From an uncultured Chloroflexia bacterium (GTDB taxonomy: Bacteria > Chloroflexota > Limnocylindria > QHBO01): a DNA stretch of 64,000 nt. This document shows positions 1 to 10,848 of the stretch, one piece after another; the first letter of the stretch is position 1, and every line of letters begins with the position of its first letter. A model generated the notes under the pieces. It searched no databases, was not told where the DNA came from, and saw only the letters and a list, made by a program, of their open reading frames with translations. The translations under genes were made by a program, and so were the position numbers. The stretch lies in NCBI GenBank assembly GCA_963827475.1, contig CAWHAZ010000005.1:704001-768000 (forward strand), in the 5' to 3' direction.

Positions 1-1
1 G

Positions 2-691
2 GCCCCGCCGTGGCGGGCCGCGCCGATCGTCCAGCCGCCGACCACCCGCCTCATCGACCTCGGCGCGACCGAGGACGAGCTGTGGTCGGCCCTCGCCCGC
101 AAGCACCGCCAGTACGTGTCGAAGGCGGGCCGCGAAGGCGTCACCGTGAACGAGCTGGACGGGGCCGCGGACGAGGCCACGACCGCCGCCGCGCTGGCCG
201 ACTTCGACCGCATCTACCGCCACACCGGGGAGCGGGCCGGATTCGCGGTGCGGGTCCCGGAGTACTACCAGCGGCTGTGGGCCGCCTTCGCCCCCGCGGG
301 GCGGGCCCGGCTGTCCTTCGCCGAGCGCGACGGGGAGCGGCTGGCGACCCTGTTCCACCTCCTCTGCGGTGACCGGGTGGCGGAGGTCTACGGTGGGATG
401 ACTCCCGAGGGCGCCAGCTCGCGGGCCAACTACCTGCTGAAGTGGGAGGCGATCCGGACCATGCGGGCCGACGGCCTGCGGACCTACGACCTGTGGGGCC
501 TGGCCACCGGCGGCATCCGGAAGTTCAAGGAAGGATTCGGCGGGACGGAGGTCACCTGGGTCGGGGCCCGCGACCTGCCCCTCGATCGGGCCGGCGACGC
601 GGTGGTCGGCCTGGCCCTGGCCGCGCACGGCGCGCGGCGCCGGGTGGGAGGCATCGGCCGCGGCCGGCGACCCGCGGCGCCGGCCGACTAG
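2..691 (+). CDS. FemAB/FemX-family peptidoglycan bridge aminoacyltransferase (GNAT-like), 5'-truncated by window edge
   Basis: Frame open from base 2 (..IVQPPTTRLIDLGATEDELWSALARKHRQYVSKAGREG..); YYQRLW, ANYLLKWEAI, YDLWG and KFKEGFGG motifs. Confidence 0.85.
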   Translation, partial: APPWRAAPIVQPPTTRLIDLGATEDELWSALARKHRQYVSKAGREGVTVNELDGAADEATTAAALADFDRIYRHTGERAGFAVRVPEYYQRLWAAFAPAGRARLSFAERDGERLATLFHLLCGDRVAEVYGGMTPEGASSRANYLLKWEAIRTMRADGLRTYDLWGLATGGIRKFKEGFGGTEVTWVGARDLPLDRAGDAVVGLALAAHGARRRVGGIGRGRRPAAPAD

Positions 692-784
692 CCGCGGCTA
701 CCCGCCGCAGGCCAACGCCGCCCGACCAGGCACAGGCCTGCGTCGGCGGGACGGCCGGAGCCCCGTGCTACGATCGAAACGATC

Positions 785-3001
785 ATGGACCTGGCCCGCC
801 TCCGCGCCGCGCCGGCCGCCGTCGTCCAGCGCATCACGCGGACCGGCGAGCCATCGGCGCTGCCCGGTCCCGAGCTGGCGGACCTCATCGCCGAGGCGCG
901 GCGCCATCGGCCGACGATCAACGTGGCCCTCATCGAGCGCGCCCACGAGGTGGCCTCGACCGCCCACGAGGGACAGCTGCGCGCGTCCGGCGAGCCCTAC
1001 ATCACCCACCCGACCGCGGTCGCCTACGAGCTGGCCGCCCTCCAGATGGATGCCGAAACGCTCGCCGCCGGCCTGCTCCATGACGTCCCCGAGGACACCG
1101 GCTACCCGCTGGCGGACATCGAGAAGCGATTCGGCCGGGAGGTGTCGCGCCTCGTCGACGGGGTGACCAAGCTGTCGAAGTTCAGCAGCGCGCGGTCGAC
1201 CGAGGAGCAGCAGGCGGAGAACATCCGGAAGATGTTCATGGCCATGGCGGAGGACGCCCGGGTCGTGATCATCAAGCTCGCCGACCGGCTCCACAACATG
1301 CGCACCCTCCAGTACCTCGAGCCCGAGAAGCAGGAGCGGATCGCGCGCCAGACGATGGAGATCTACGCCCCGCTCGCCCACCGGCTCGGGATGTGGCAGA
1401 TCAAGTGGGAGCTGGAGGACCTCTCGTTCAAGGTCCTCGACCCGGACGCCTACGCGCGCCTGGGCGGCCTGCTGGCGGACTCGCGCAAGGCGCGCGAGTC
1501 GTTCATCAACCGCTCGATCAGCATCCTCCGCAAGGAGCTGGCCGCGGTCGGAATCGACGCCGAGATCAGCGGCCGCCCGAAGCACATCTTCAGCATCGTG
1601 AAGAAGATGGAGCGCAAAGGCGCGGAGTTCCATGAGATCTACGACCTCCACGCCATCCGGGTGCTCGTCGAAGACGTGAAGGACTGCTACGGCGCGCTGG
1701 GCGTGGTCCATGCCATCTGGCGCCCGATCCCGGGCCAGTTCGACGACTACATCGCCATGCCCAAGGCGAACCTCTACCAGTCGCTGCACACCGCGGTCAT
1801 CGGTCCGGACGCCAAGCCGCTCGAGGTCCAGATCCGGACCCGCCAGATGCACGAGGTGGCGGAGGCGGGCATCGCGGCCCATTGGCGGTACAAGGAGGGG
1901 AGCCGCGCCGACCGGCGCTACGACGAGAAGCTGGCCTGGGTCCGCCAGCTCATGGAGTGGCAGCGCGAGGTCTCCGACGCGACCGAGTTCGTGGAGGGCC
2001 TCAAGCTCGACGTCTTCCAGGACCAGGTGTTCGTCTTCACCCCCAAGGGCGACGTCAAGGACCTCCCCGCCGGCGCCACCCCGCTCGACTTCGCCTACCG
2101 GATCCATACCGATGTCGGGCATCGGACGATCGGCGCCAAGGTCAACAACCGTCTCGTCCCGCTCGACTACCGCCTGCGCAACGGCGACATCGTCGAGATC
2201 GTCACCACCAAGGCCTCCCACGGGCCGTCACGGGACTGGCTGGCGATCGTCCAGACCAACCAGGCCCGCGAGAAGATCCGGGCCTGGTTCAAGCGCCAGC
2301 AGCGAGACGAGAACATCGCCCAGGGCCGGGAGCTGCTGGACCGGGAGCTCCGGCGCCTGGCCCACGAGACGCTGGCGAGCGTGGACAACGCGCGCCTGAC
2401 CGAGATCGCGAACCAGCTCCACTTCCGCGAGCTGGATGATTTCTACGCCGCGATCGGCTACGGCGCGGTCAGCTCGGCCGCGGTGGTCAGCCGGCTCGGG
2501 ATCCACGACGACGTGGAGATCAGCCTGCCCGAGGTGGCCCCGCCGGCAGCGCCGAGCACGGCCGGCGTCCGGGTCAAGGGCGTCGGCGACCTGCTCGTCC
2601 GCTTCGCGAACTGCTGCAGCCCGATCCCCGGCGACGAGATCAGCGGCTACGTCACCCGCGGCAAGGGGGTCACCGTCCACCGCGCCACGTGTCCCAGCGT
2701 CCTGTCGGAGAAGGACATCGAGCGGCTGATCGAGGTCGAGTGGGAGGTCGTGGCCCAGCAGACCTACCCGATCACGGTCCGGATCGAGGGCATCGACCGA
2801 CCCGGGCTCCTGAATGAGATCACCAACGTCGTCGCCGAAGCCAAGGTCAACATCGTGGCCGCATCGGTTTCGACCCACCCCGACGGGATGGCCACCCTGA
2901 CCCTCACCCTGAAGGTCACCTCCCTCCAGCAGCTGTCCAAGGTCCTCGTCCGGATCGAGGGCGTGCGCGACGTGACCGCGGTCACCCGGGAGCAGCACTA
3001 G
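785..3001 (+). CDS. rel: Bifunctional (p)ppGpp synthetase/hydrolase RelA/SpoT
   Basis: HD domain (GEPYITHP, LLHDVPED), synthetase (GRPKH, YQSLHT, EVQIRT), TGS (ATPLDFAYRIH), CC and ACT domains. Confidence 0.97.
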   Translation: MDLARLRAAPAAVVQRITRTGEPSALPGPELADLIAEARRHRPTINVALIERAHEVASTAHEGQLRASGEPYITHPTAVAYELAALQMDAETLAAGLLHDVPEDTGYPLADIEKRFGREVSRLVDGVTKLSKFSSARSTEEQQAENIRKMFMAMAEDARVVIIKLADRLHNMRTLQYLEPEKQERIARQTMEIYAPLAHRLGMWQIKWELEDLSFKVLDPDAYARLGGLLADSRKARESFINRSISILRKELAAVGIDAEISGRPKHIFSIVKKMERKGAEFHEIYDLHAIRVLVEDVKDCYGALGVVHAIWRPIPGQFDDYIAMPKANLYQSLHTAVIGPDAKPLEVQIRTRQMHEVAEAGIAAHWRYKEGSRADRRYDEKLAWVRQLMEWQREVSDATEFVEGLKLDVFQDQVFVFTPKGDVKDLPAGATPLDFAYRIHTDVGHRTIGAKVNNRLVPLDYRLRNGDIVEIVTTKASHGPSRDWLAIVQTNQAREKIRAWFKRQQRDENIAQGRELLDRELRRLAHETLASVDNARLTEIANQLHFRELDDFYAAIGYGAVSSAAVVSRLGIHDDVEISLPEVAPPAAPSTAGVRVKGVGDLLVRFANCCSPIPGDEISGYVTRGKGVTVHRATCPSVLSEKDIERLIEVEWEVVAQQTYPITVRIEGIDRPGLLNEITNVVAEAKVNIVAASVSTHPDGMATLTLTLKVTSLQQLSKVLVRIEGVRDVTAVTREQH

Positions 3002-4246
3002 CCGCATCCGGCTCCCCGGTCGCTCCGCTCGGAGCCGCCGCGTCCCGCTCGTTCAGCGGGTCACCCGCGCCGGACAGGATCAGCCGGATCAGGGTCAGCG
3101 CCGAACCGAAGAGGGTCAGCGCGATGACCCAGACCATGATGTCCGAGGTCAGCAGCGCATCGAGCTCGGCATAGGTCCGGAAGCTGGTGGTCTCGACCAG
3201 GACCCGGAGCAGGGACGCGCCGAAGCCCACGGACATCGCGATGTACGCGGCCAGGCTGGATCGGTCCACCGCGGCGAACGGCGCGGCGAGGGCCAGGGCG
3301 GGGAAGAGGTACCGCTCGTGGACGCGGGTGGGCAGGAAGTAGAACGCGAAGGCGAGGAACAGTCCGACCGCCAGCAGGGTGGCCAGGTCGCTCCCGCGGC
3401 GGAGCGGCAGCAGCGAGCCGAGGATGCCGGCCACGAGCAGCGCGCCACCGATGGCCACGTACGGCTCGTCCGGGACCTTGAACCCGACCAGCAGCGCCCA
3501 GATGTTGAACGCGCCCAGCGAGGTCTCCGGGTGGCGCTCGCGCGGCGTCCTGCAGCGAGCTCGAGCCAGCGGAACGGCGACAGGCCGAAGACGAGGCAGA
3601 TGACGAGCGCGGTCAGGCCGCCGCCGACCGCGGCCAGGACGAGGGGACGGGGCCCATGCCCCTGGCGCCAGCGCTGGAGGGCGACCACCGCCAATGGCAA
3701 CGCGACTAACCCGAACTGGGGCTTCGACAGCCCGGCCAGGGCGGTCAGGGCGCCCGATCCGGCGAACTGGCCGGCGGCCAGGGCCACCAGCGCCGCGAGA
3801 TAGAACAGGGTCCCGGCAGCATCGACCTGGCCCCACAGCGGGCCGCCGATGATGGCCGCCGGGTTGAGCAGGTACAGGCCGCCGGCCAGCAGGCCACGGG
3901 CCCGGTCGGTGCGGTGCGCGACCACGGCATACAGGAGGACGCCCAGCGCCAGGTCGAACGGAATGGAGATGCCCTTGATCGCGTAGGACAGCCCCTCGCC
4001 GTCGAGCAGGACCCCGAGCGGCCACAGGAAGGGCAGGAGCGCCGGGTAGATGGCGCTGTCGTGCTGATAGAACAGGAAGGGGCCCCATGCCGCGAGGTTC
4101 TCCGCCCATCGGCTCATGACCGAGAGGTCGCCGCCGTGGCCGGGCATGGGGAGGACCAGGAGACGGAGGGCGAGGCCCGCCACCAGCAAACCGCCGAGCA
4201 CGGCCCATGCGCGGCGCCGGGCGGATAGGTCGGTCATGGCTGGCAC
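2982..4246 (-). CDS. Integral membrane GT-C glycosyltransferase (mannosyltransferase-like), frameshifted near 3540
   Basis: N-half in ORF 3149..4246 (YPALL, LLNPAAI..WGQVD, KPQF); C-half in the frame ending at 2982 (AFNIW, FYFLPTRVHERYLFP). Confidence 0.75.
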
Positions 4247-4319
4247 GGCTCAACACGGTACCCGACACCGGCGCCACCGTCGGCCCTTCCGTCGGGAGCA
4301 CCCTCGGTACACTCCTTCC

Positions 4320-5597
4320 GTGGCCCCCTCTCTTCGTGCCCCTCGCGGGACCCGGGATCGCCTGCCCGAGGAAGCGGCCGCCTGGGCACGGGCCGAAGGC
4401 GTGGCGGCCGAGCTGGCCTCTCGCTACGGGTTCGAGCGCGTCGACACGCCGCTGTTCGAGGCCACCGAGCTGTTCGTGCGGGGCCTGGGGGAGGGCAGCG
4501 ACGCCGTGGCCAAGGAGATGTTCCGGGTTGGCGGCGCGGCGGGCAGCGAGGATGCGGACGCGGCCTGGGCCCTGCGGCCGGAGCCGACCGCCGGCATCGT
4601 GCGGGCGTACCTCGAGCACGGGATGCACGTGCGACCCGGCCCGCTGCGGCTCTGGCTGCTTGGCCCCATGTTCCGCTACGACCGGCCGCAGGCTGGTCGA
4701 TACCGCGCGTTCACCCAGTGGGACGTGGAGGTCATCGGCGACCCGGGCCCGGCGGTCGACGCGGAGCTCATCGAGCTGGCGACCCGCTTCTGCGCCACGG
4801 TCGGGCTGGAGGGGACGCGAGTCCACCTGAACTCGATCGGGGACGCGTCGTGCCGGCCGGCCTACCGGTCGGCGCTGGTCGAGTACTTCAGCGCTCACCG
4901 CGACGCACTGGACGACGACGGCCGGCGGCGGCTGGAGGTCAACCCGCTCCGGGTGCTCGACGACCGGGGGCTGGACCCGCAGCTGGCCGCCGCCGCGCCG
5001 AGATCGGTCGACCACCTGTGCCCCGCCTGCGCCGAGCATTTCGCGGCGGTGCGCCGATACCTCGAGCGGCTGGGCGTGGCGTACGAGCTCGACCATCGGC
5101 TGGTTCGCGGCCTCGACTACTACACCCGGACGACGTTCGAGGTCTTTCCCAGCGGCCGCGGCGGGTCGCAGGACGCCCTGGCCGGGGGTGGCCGCTACGA
5201 CGGGCTGGTCGAGGCCCTTGACGGTCCCCCGACGCCGGGGATCGGGTTCGGCGTCGGCCTCGACCGGATCGTGCTGGCCATGGCCGAGGGGGGCATTCCC
5301 GGCCTCCCGGCCCCGGCCCTTGCCGTCGTCGTCGGCACCCAGGCCGGGGACGTCGCCGAGCGGCTGGTGGTGGCCAACGCCCTGCGGGAGGCCGGCCTTC
5401 GCGTCCGCCCGGACGGCAGCGAGCGGAAGCTCGGCCGCCAGCTGGAGGCCGCCGCCAAGCTCGGCGCGCGGTGGGCGGTGATCGTCGGGGAGGAGCTGAC
5501 CCGCGGCGCCGTCATCCTCCGCGACCTTGCCGACGGCAGCCAGCAAGAGGTCCCGCTGAGCGAGGTCGCCGCCGCAACACGGGCGGACGACGGCTGA
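4320..5597 (+). CDS. hisS: Histidine--tRNA ligase
   Basis: APRGTRD, LRPEPTA, FRYDRPQAGRYR, LVRGLDYY, GGGRYDGL; GTG start 6 nt after TACACT. Confidence 0.96.
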   Translation: MAPSLRAPRGTRDRLPEEAAAWARAEGVAAELASRYGFERVDTPLFEATELFVRGLGEGSDAVAKEMFRVGGAAGSEDADAAWALRPEPTAGIVRAYLEHGMHVRPGPLRLWLLGPMFRYDRPQAGRYRAFTQWDVEVIGDPGPAVDAELIELATRFCATVGLEGTRVHLNSIGDASCRPAYRSALVEYFSAHRDALDDDGRRRLEVNPLRVLDDRGLDPQLAAAAPRSVDHLCPACAEHFAAVRRYLERLGVAYELDHRLVRGLDYYTRTTFEVFPSGRGGSQDALAGGGRYDGLVEALDGPPTPGIGFGVGLDRIVLAMAEGGIPGLPAPALAVVVGTQAGDVAERLVVANALREAGLRVRPDGSERKLGRQLEAAAKLGARWAVIVGEELTRGAVILRDLADGSQQEVPLSEVAAATRADDG

Positions 5598-5636
5598 GCC
5601 CGGCCGAGCGCCACGCTCGGCTAGGATGCAAACCCG

Positions 5637-7451
5637 ATGCCCGCCCGTCACTCGTTCCGGACCCACACCTGCGGTGAGCTGCGGCCGGCCCAGGTCGGAG
5701 AGCGGGTCACGCTTGCCGGCTGGGTTCACCGCCGCCGCGATCACGGCCACCTGACGTTCTTCGACCTCCGTGATCGGTATGGCATCACCCAGGTCGTCAC
5801 CAACGCCGACGAGCAGCCCGACGCGCATGCGGCGGGTGCGGAAGCCCGCAACGAGTGGGTCATCCAGGTCGAAGGCGCCGTCCGCACCCGCCCGGAGGGG
5901 ACCGCCAACCCGGAGCTGAGCACCGGCGAGATCGAGGTCGGGGTCGACCGACTGGAGGTCCTCAACCCGTCGAAAGTGCCCCCGTTCTACATCAACGAGG
6001 AGCAGGCGGGCCTGGATGAGAGCCTCCGGCTCACCTATCGGTACCTCGACCTCCGCCGTCCGCCGCTGCAGGCACGGCTCGTCCTGCGCAGCCAGCTGGC
6101 GGGAGCCGTCCGCCGCCACCTGGAGAGCGTCGGCTTCGTCGAGATCGAGACGCCGACCCTCATCCGCTCCACGCCGGAGGGGGCCCGGGACTTCGTCGTT
6201 CCCAGTCGCCTGCAGCCGGGGAAGATCTACGCCCTGCCCCAGTCACCCCAGGTCCTCAAACAGCTGCTCATGGTTGCCGGCTTCGACCGCTACTACCAGC
6301 TGGCCCGCGCCTATCGCGACGAGGATTTCCGGGCCGATCGGGGGCCGGAGCACACCCAGGTCGACATCGAGATGAGCTACGTCGTCGAGGAGGACGTGAT
6401 GGCGACCATCGAGGAGATGGTCACCGCGGTCAGCCGCGAGGTCGTCCCGGACCGCCCGATCGCGGCCTCGCCCTTCCCACGACTGACCTACGAGGACGCC
6501 ATCGCGCGGTTCGGATCGGACAAGCCCGACGTCCGGTTCGGGATGGAGCTGGTCGACATCGGCCCGGCCCTGGCCGGAACGGACCTCCACATCTTCACCG
6601 ATGCCCTGACAGGCGGCGGCGCGGTGCGGGCCATCGTCGCGCCGGGCTGCGCCGGCTACTCGCGAAAACAGACCGATGCGCTGACCGAGCTCGCGGTGCG
6701 CCACGGCGCCGGCGGGCTGGTCCACCTCGCGGTCGAGCCGGACGGCTCGCTTCGCGGGCCGGTTGCGCGACACCTCCCGCCCGCCACCCAGGAGCAGGTG
6801 CGAGAAGCCTGCGGCGCGGCTCCGGGCGACCTCATCCTGGCCGTGGCCGATACCGATGCCCACCGCGGGGCGGAAGCGCTCGGCCGCGTCCGCCTCGAGC
6901 TCGGCTCGCAGCTGGACCTCCGTACCCCCGACGTCCTGTCCTACGTGTGGGTTCACCGCTTCCCGATGTTCCAGTGGGACGCCGAGGGCAACCGCTGGGA
7001 CGCGACCCACAACCCCTTCAGCGCCCCGGTGTGGGAGCAGGCCGACGACCTCGAGCGCGACCCCGGTTCGATCCATGCCCAGCAGTACGACCTCGCCCTC
7101 AACGGCTGGGAGCTGGGTGGCGGATCGATCCGCATCCACCGCCGCGACCTGCTGGAGCGGGCCTTCGCCCTGATGGGCCACACGGTGGAGGGGATGCGCG
7201 ACGAGTTCGGCGCGCTGCTCGACGCGCTCGAGTACGGCGCGCCGCCCCACGGCGGGATCGCGATCGGCCTGGACCGATGGTCCGCCCTGCTGACCGACCA
7301 GGACAACATCCGCGAGGTCATGGCCTTCCCGAAGACCCAGTCGGGGAGCGACCTGATGCTCGGCGCGCCGTCGCCGATCGCCGCGGCGCAGCTCGAGGAG
7401 CTCGGGCTCCGCCTCGCTGACCCCGAGGGTCAGTCCTCCGAGGGCTCGTAG
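5637..7451 (+). CDS. aspS: Aspartate--tRNA ligase (probably non-discriminating)
   Basis: RTHTCGEL, YRYLDLRR, STPEGARD, ALPQSPQ, GAPPHGG, AFPKT. Confidence 0.97.
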   Translation: MPARHSFRTHTCGELRPAQVGERVTLAGWVHRRRDHGHLTFFDLRDRYGITQVVTNADEQPDAHAAGAEARNEWVIQVEGAVRTRPEGTANPELSTGEIEVGVDRLEVLNPSKVPPFYINEEQAGLDESLRLTYRYLDLRRPPLQARLVLRSQLAGAVRRHLESVGFVEIETPTLIRSTPEGARDFVVPSRLQPGKIYALPQSPQVLKQLLMVAGFDRYYQLARAYRDEDFRADRGPEHTQVDIEMSYVVEEDVMATIEEMVTAVSREVVPDRPIAASPFPRLTYEDAIARFGSDKPDVRFGMELVDIGPALAGTDLHIFTDALTGGGAVRAIVAPGCAGYSRKQTDALTELAVRHGAGGLVHLAVEPDGSLRGPVARHLPPATQEQVREACGAAPGDLILAVADTDAHRGAEALGRVRLELGSQLDLRTPDVLSYVWVHRFPMFQWDAEGNRWDATHNPFSAPVWEQADDLERDPGSIHAQQYDLALNGWELGGGSIRIHRRDLLERAFALMGHTVEGMRDEFGALLDALEYGAPPHGGIAIGLDRWSALLTDQDNIREVMAFPKTQSGSDLMLGAPSPIAAAQLEELGLRLADPEGQSSEGS

Positions 7452-7813
7452 CCCCCGTCGACGTGCCGCTCGGTCCCGCGCAGGGCCGGGTTGAAGATGC
7501 AGACCAGGCGGGCCCCGCCCGCGCTCCGCGCGGTATGGGGGTCGTGCTCGTCGGCGGCGTACACCGCGCCGGGACCGAGCATGTGCTCGCGACCCGTGGC
7601 CGCCACCGTGACCTCCATCTGACCGGAGACGACGTAGCACGCCTCGAGGTGGTGGCGGTACTCGAGCTCGAGCTCGAACCCGGGCTCGATGAGGACGTCG
7701 TTGAGCGAGAAGCCCATCCGGTCCGCGGCGGTCAGGATCCGGCGGCTCCTCCAGCCAGGGCCGGAAACGTCGTGCTCGGTGCCACTCAGGTCGTCGGCGG
7801 ATCGGATGATCAT
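7430..7813 (-). CDS. ectC: Ectoine synthase-family cupin (solitary EctC)
   Basis: MIIRSADDL..W.SRRIL..DRMGFS..YRHHLEACY..G..Y..DEHD.H..CIFNPAL.G.E.H. Confidence 0.85.
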   Translation of the reverse strand: MIIRSADDLSGTEHDVSGPGWRSRRILTAADRMGFSLNDVLIEPGFELELEYRHHLEACYVVSGQMEVTVAATGREHMLGPGAVYAADEHDPHTARSAGGARLVCIFNPALRGTERHVDGGYEPSED

Positions 7814-7863
7814 CAAGGTCACCTCGGTGCGGTTCGGTGGCTGGGGCATAATCGCCCACGACC

Positions 7864-9052
7864 ATGATCTACCTCGACCACGCCGCAACCACCCCGCTGC
7901 GGCCCGAGGTCCTCGAGGCCATGCTGCCGTACCTCACCGAGCATTACGGCAATCCCTCGAGCCTCCACGCGGCCGGTCGGCGGGCCCGGGCGGGCCTGGA
8001 TGAAGCCCGGGAAGGCGTGGCCGCCAGGCTCGGCGCGAAGCCGCGCGAGATCGTGTTCACCAGCGGCGCGACCGAGAACACGACCCTCGCCGTCGGCGGC
8101 CTGGCGTGGGCGGCAAGCGCCCGCGGACGGCACCTGGTCACGACAGCGGTCGAGCACCGGGCGGTCCTGGCCACCCTCGCCGGCCTCGAGCGGCATGGGT
8201 TCGAGGTGACGACCGTGCTGGTGGACCGATACGGTCAGGTGGACCCGGACGCGGTCGCGGCGGCCATCCGTCCGCACACCACGGTCGTCGTGGTCGGGTA
8301 TGCGAACAACGAGGTCGGGACCATCCAGCCAGTGGCCGAGATCGGCGCGCAGTGCCGCGAGCTCGGGATTCAGTTCGTGGTCGACGCCACCCAGGCCGCC
8401 GCCTACCTGCCGATCGAGGTCGACCGGCTGCAGGCCGATGTCCTCGGCATCTCGGCCCACAAGATCGAGGGGCCCAAGGGCGTCGGCGCGCTGTTCATCC
8501 GGCAGGGCACGAACCTCATCCCGCAGCAGTCCGGCGGCTCGCAGGAACGGCAGCGGCGGGCGGGGACCGAGAACGTGGCCGGCGCGGTCGGCCTGGCCAC
8601 CGCCCTGCGCCTGGCCCGCGGCGACGCGGCCGCCACCGCGGCCGAGGCGGATCGCCAGCGCGGGCTGCGCGACGCGCTCATCGGTCGACTGGGAAAGATC
8701 ACCGGCAGCGAGCTGACCGGACATCCCGCCGCGCGTCTGCCGAACAGCGTCAGCTGGGCGTTCGAGGCGGTGGAGGGCGGGGACCTCGTCGCGGCGCTCG
8801 ACCTCGAGGGCGTGGCCGCATCCACCGGAAGCGCGTGCACCTCGGGCAGCGCCGAACCGAGCCACGTCCTGTTGGCGATGGGCGTCGCGCCGCGAGCGCA
8901 TCCGCGGCTCGCTGCGTCTGACGCTGGGGCGCACCACGACCGCGGACGAGGTCGAACACGCCGCCGAGCTCGTCGCCAGCTGCGTGGCACGGGTCCGTGC
9001 CGCCGCCAATCCGCTCCCGACCGAGGTCGGCGTCGCCCCGGCGGGGGCCTGA
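7864..9052 (+). CDS. iscS: Cysteine desulfurase, frameshift near 8890
   Basis: IYLDHAATTP, GNPSSLH, SAHKIEGPKG, STGSACTS; C-terminal GSLRLTLGR continues in another frame to TGA 9052. Confidence 0.92.
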
Positions 9053-9059
9053 GCCGGCG

Positions 9060-10145
9060 ATGGCCCGGATCGTGGCCGCCATGAGCGGCGGGGTCGACTC
9101 GAGCGTGGCCGCCGCTCTTCTCGCCCGCGAGGCAAGCAGGGGCGGGGACGAGGTGGTCGGGGTCTGGATGCGGACCCACCCCGATCGGGGAGAGGGCTGG
9201 GAGCCGCGGCGCGGGTGCTGCTCGTCGGAGGCGGCCGACGACGCTCGCCGCGTCGCTGATCGGATCGGCATCCCGTTCTTCATCCTCAACGTCGAGGCGG
9301 AGTTCGGGGCGGAGGTCATCGACGCGTTCGCGGACGCGTACCTGGCCGGCACGACACCCAACCCGTGCCAGGCCTGCAACCAGTACATCAAGTTCGACCT
9401 CCTCGCCCGTCGGGCGGTGGGTGCGTACGGGGCGGACGCGGTGGCGACCGGTCACTACGCCCGGGTCGAGCACCGGGACGGCTCGTGGCATCTCCTCCGG
9501 GCGGTGGACGCGGCCAAGGACCAGACCTACTTCCTGTGGAACCTCGACCAGCGGCAGCTGGCCGCGACCCGCTTCCCGTTGGGCGAGATGACCAAGCCTG
9601 AGGTTCGCCAGCTGGCCGCCGACCTGGACCTGCCGACCGCGGCCACGCCCGAGTCGCAGGAGATCTGCTTCGTCCCGGCAGGGGACTACCGCGCCCTGCT
9701 CGCCGAGCGGCGGGCCTACGACGGGAGCGCCGGACCGATCGTCGACGGTGAGGGCCGGCAGATCGGCACCCATACGGGCTACGCGCACTACACCGTGGGA
9801 CAGCGTCGCGGCCTGGGCCTGGCCGGCGGCGAAGCGCGCTACGTCCGCGAGATCCACCCGGATCGGAACGAGGTCGTGGTCGGCACTCGCGAGGACCTGG
9901 CGACGACCGCCTTCGTGGCTGACGGGAGGCATTTCATCGCCGGCGGACCACCGGCCGAGCGGTTCGAGGCCGACGTGCGGATCCGCCATCGGTCGGCGGA
10001 CGTCGCCTGCGAGGTCACCGTGGTCGGCGCCGACCGGCTGGTGATCGAGACCGCGGAGCCGGTCTGGGGCCCGGCGCCGGGGCAGTCCGCGGTCCTGTAC
10101 GGCGGCGAGGAATGCCTCGGCGGGGCCCGGATCATCCGGAACTGA
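9060..10145 (+). CDS. mnmA: tRNA 2-thiouridylase
   Basis: AMSGGVDSSV, TPNPC..CN, ATGHYA, KDQTYFL, ESQEICF, YTVGQRRGL, PGQSAVLY. Confidence 0.96.
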   Translation: MARIVAAMSGGVDSSVAAALLAREASRGGDEVVGVWMRTHPDRGEGWEPRRGCCSSEAADDARRVADRIGIPFFILNVEAEFGAEVIDAFADAYLAGTTPNPCQACNQYIKFDLLARRAVGAYGADAVATGHYARVEHRDGSWHLLRAVDAAKDQTYFLWNLDQRQLAATRFPLGEMTKPEVRQLAADLDLPTAATPESQEICFVPAGDYRALLAERRAYDGSAGPIVDGEGRQIGTHTGYAHYTVGQRRGLGLAGGEARYVREIHPDRNEVVVGTREDLATTAFVADGRHFIAGGPPAERFEADVRIRHRSADVACEVTVVGADRLVIETAEPVWGPAPGQSAVLYGGEECLGGARIIRN

Positions 10146-10158
10146 CGGCCTTCCGACC

Positions 10159-10464
10159 GTGGTGACCTGGACGATCTGGACCGTGCTGGTGGCCACCATC
10201 AACCTCACCCTGTTCGTCGCCGTCCGCGGTCGGTGGGGTCGCGAGGCGCCGGCCCTCGTGATCGCGGCCCTGGTCGGGACCGCGGCCGGGAACTTCCTGG
10301 CCGCCCTGCTCGGCGTCGACCTGCTCGTCCTCGGCGAGTTCCACGTGCTGGGGGCCGCGCTGGGCGCCCAGCTGGCCCTGATCACCACCGCCGCGGTCGC
10401 CACTCTGCTCACCCGACCGGCGGGCTCGGCCGGCCGGCGGGACGGGGCGGGGTCGGGCCGGTAG
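10159..10464 (+). CDS. Small hydrophobic membrane protein
   Basis: 101-aa ORF with ~3 TM segments directly after mnmA. Confidence 0.6.
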   Translation: MVTWTIWTVLVATINLTLFVAVRGRWGREAPALVIAALVGTAAGNFLAALLGVDLLVLGEFHVLGAALGAQLALITTAAVATLLTRPAGSAGRRDGAGSGR

Positions 10465-10513
10465 AATCGGCAGTCCAACGGCGAAGTCCCTGTGGAGGAG
10501 CAACACGCACGTC

Positions 10514-10780
10514 ATGAGCGGTGATTCCGGATTTGGCAGTTTCGTGGCCGGCCTGGTCATCGGTGGGCTGATCGGTGCCGCCATCGGGCTGCTCCTGGCC
10601 CCCGAGTCGGGCGAAGAGATGCGCGAGCAGGTCGGCGACTTCGTCGACGAGCGCATGCGCGACTTTGGCGACGCGGTGAATGAGGGCAAGGTCGCCGCCG
10701 ACCAGGCGCGCACGGCCATGCTGACGGCGCTCCAGCGCGAGACCGCCGCCGACGCCCCGGCCGAGGAGAGCGCGAACTAG
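10514..10780 (+). CDS. YtxH-domain protein
   Basis: GSFVAGLVIGGLIGAAIGLLLAPESGEEMR signature. Confidence 0.85.
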   Translation: MSGDSGFGSFVAGLVIGGLIGAAIGLLLAPESGEEMREQVGDFVDERMRDFGDAVNEGKVAADQARTAMLTALQRETAADAPAEESAN

Positions 10781-10848
10781 CTCCCGTCGGTGACCCCCAT
10801 CGGCGGAGGGTCGCTCGGGGCTGGCTCCCGCTGCGCCTGACCGCCCCC

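Noticed and set aside
2982-6119. Very long antisense or alternate-frame ORFs (e.g. 1045 aa here; 35529-38363; 58936-61701)
   Set aside because: Shadow ORFs of high-GC codon bias opposite real genes; only the last ~180 codons of this one belong to the frameshifted glycosyltransferase.
10781-10848. T-box riboswitch upstream of alaS
   Set aside because: The region is only ~70 nt; there is a GC hairpin but no T-box consensus.
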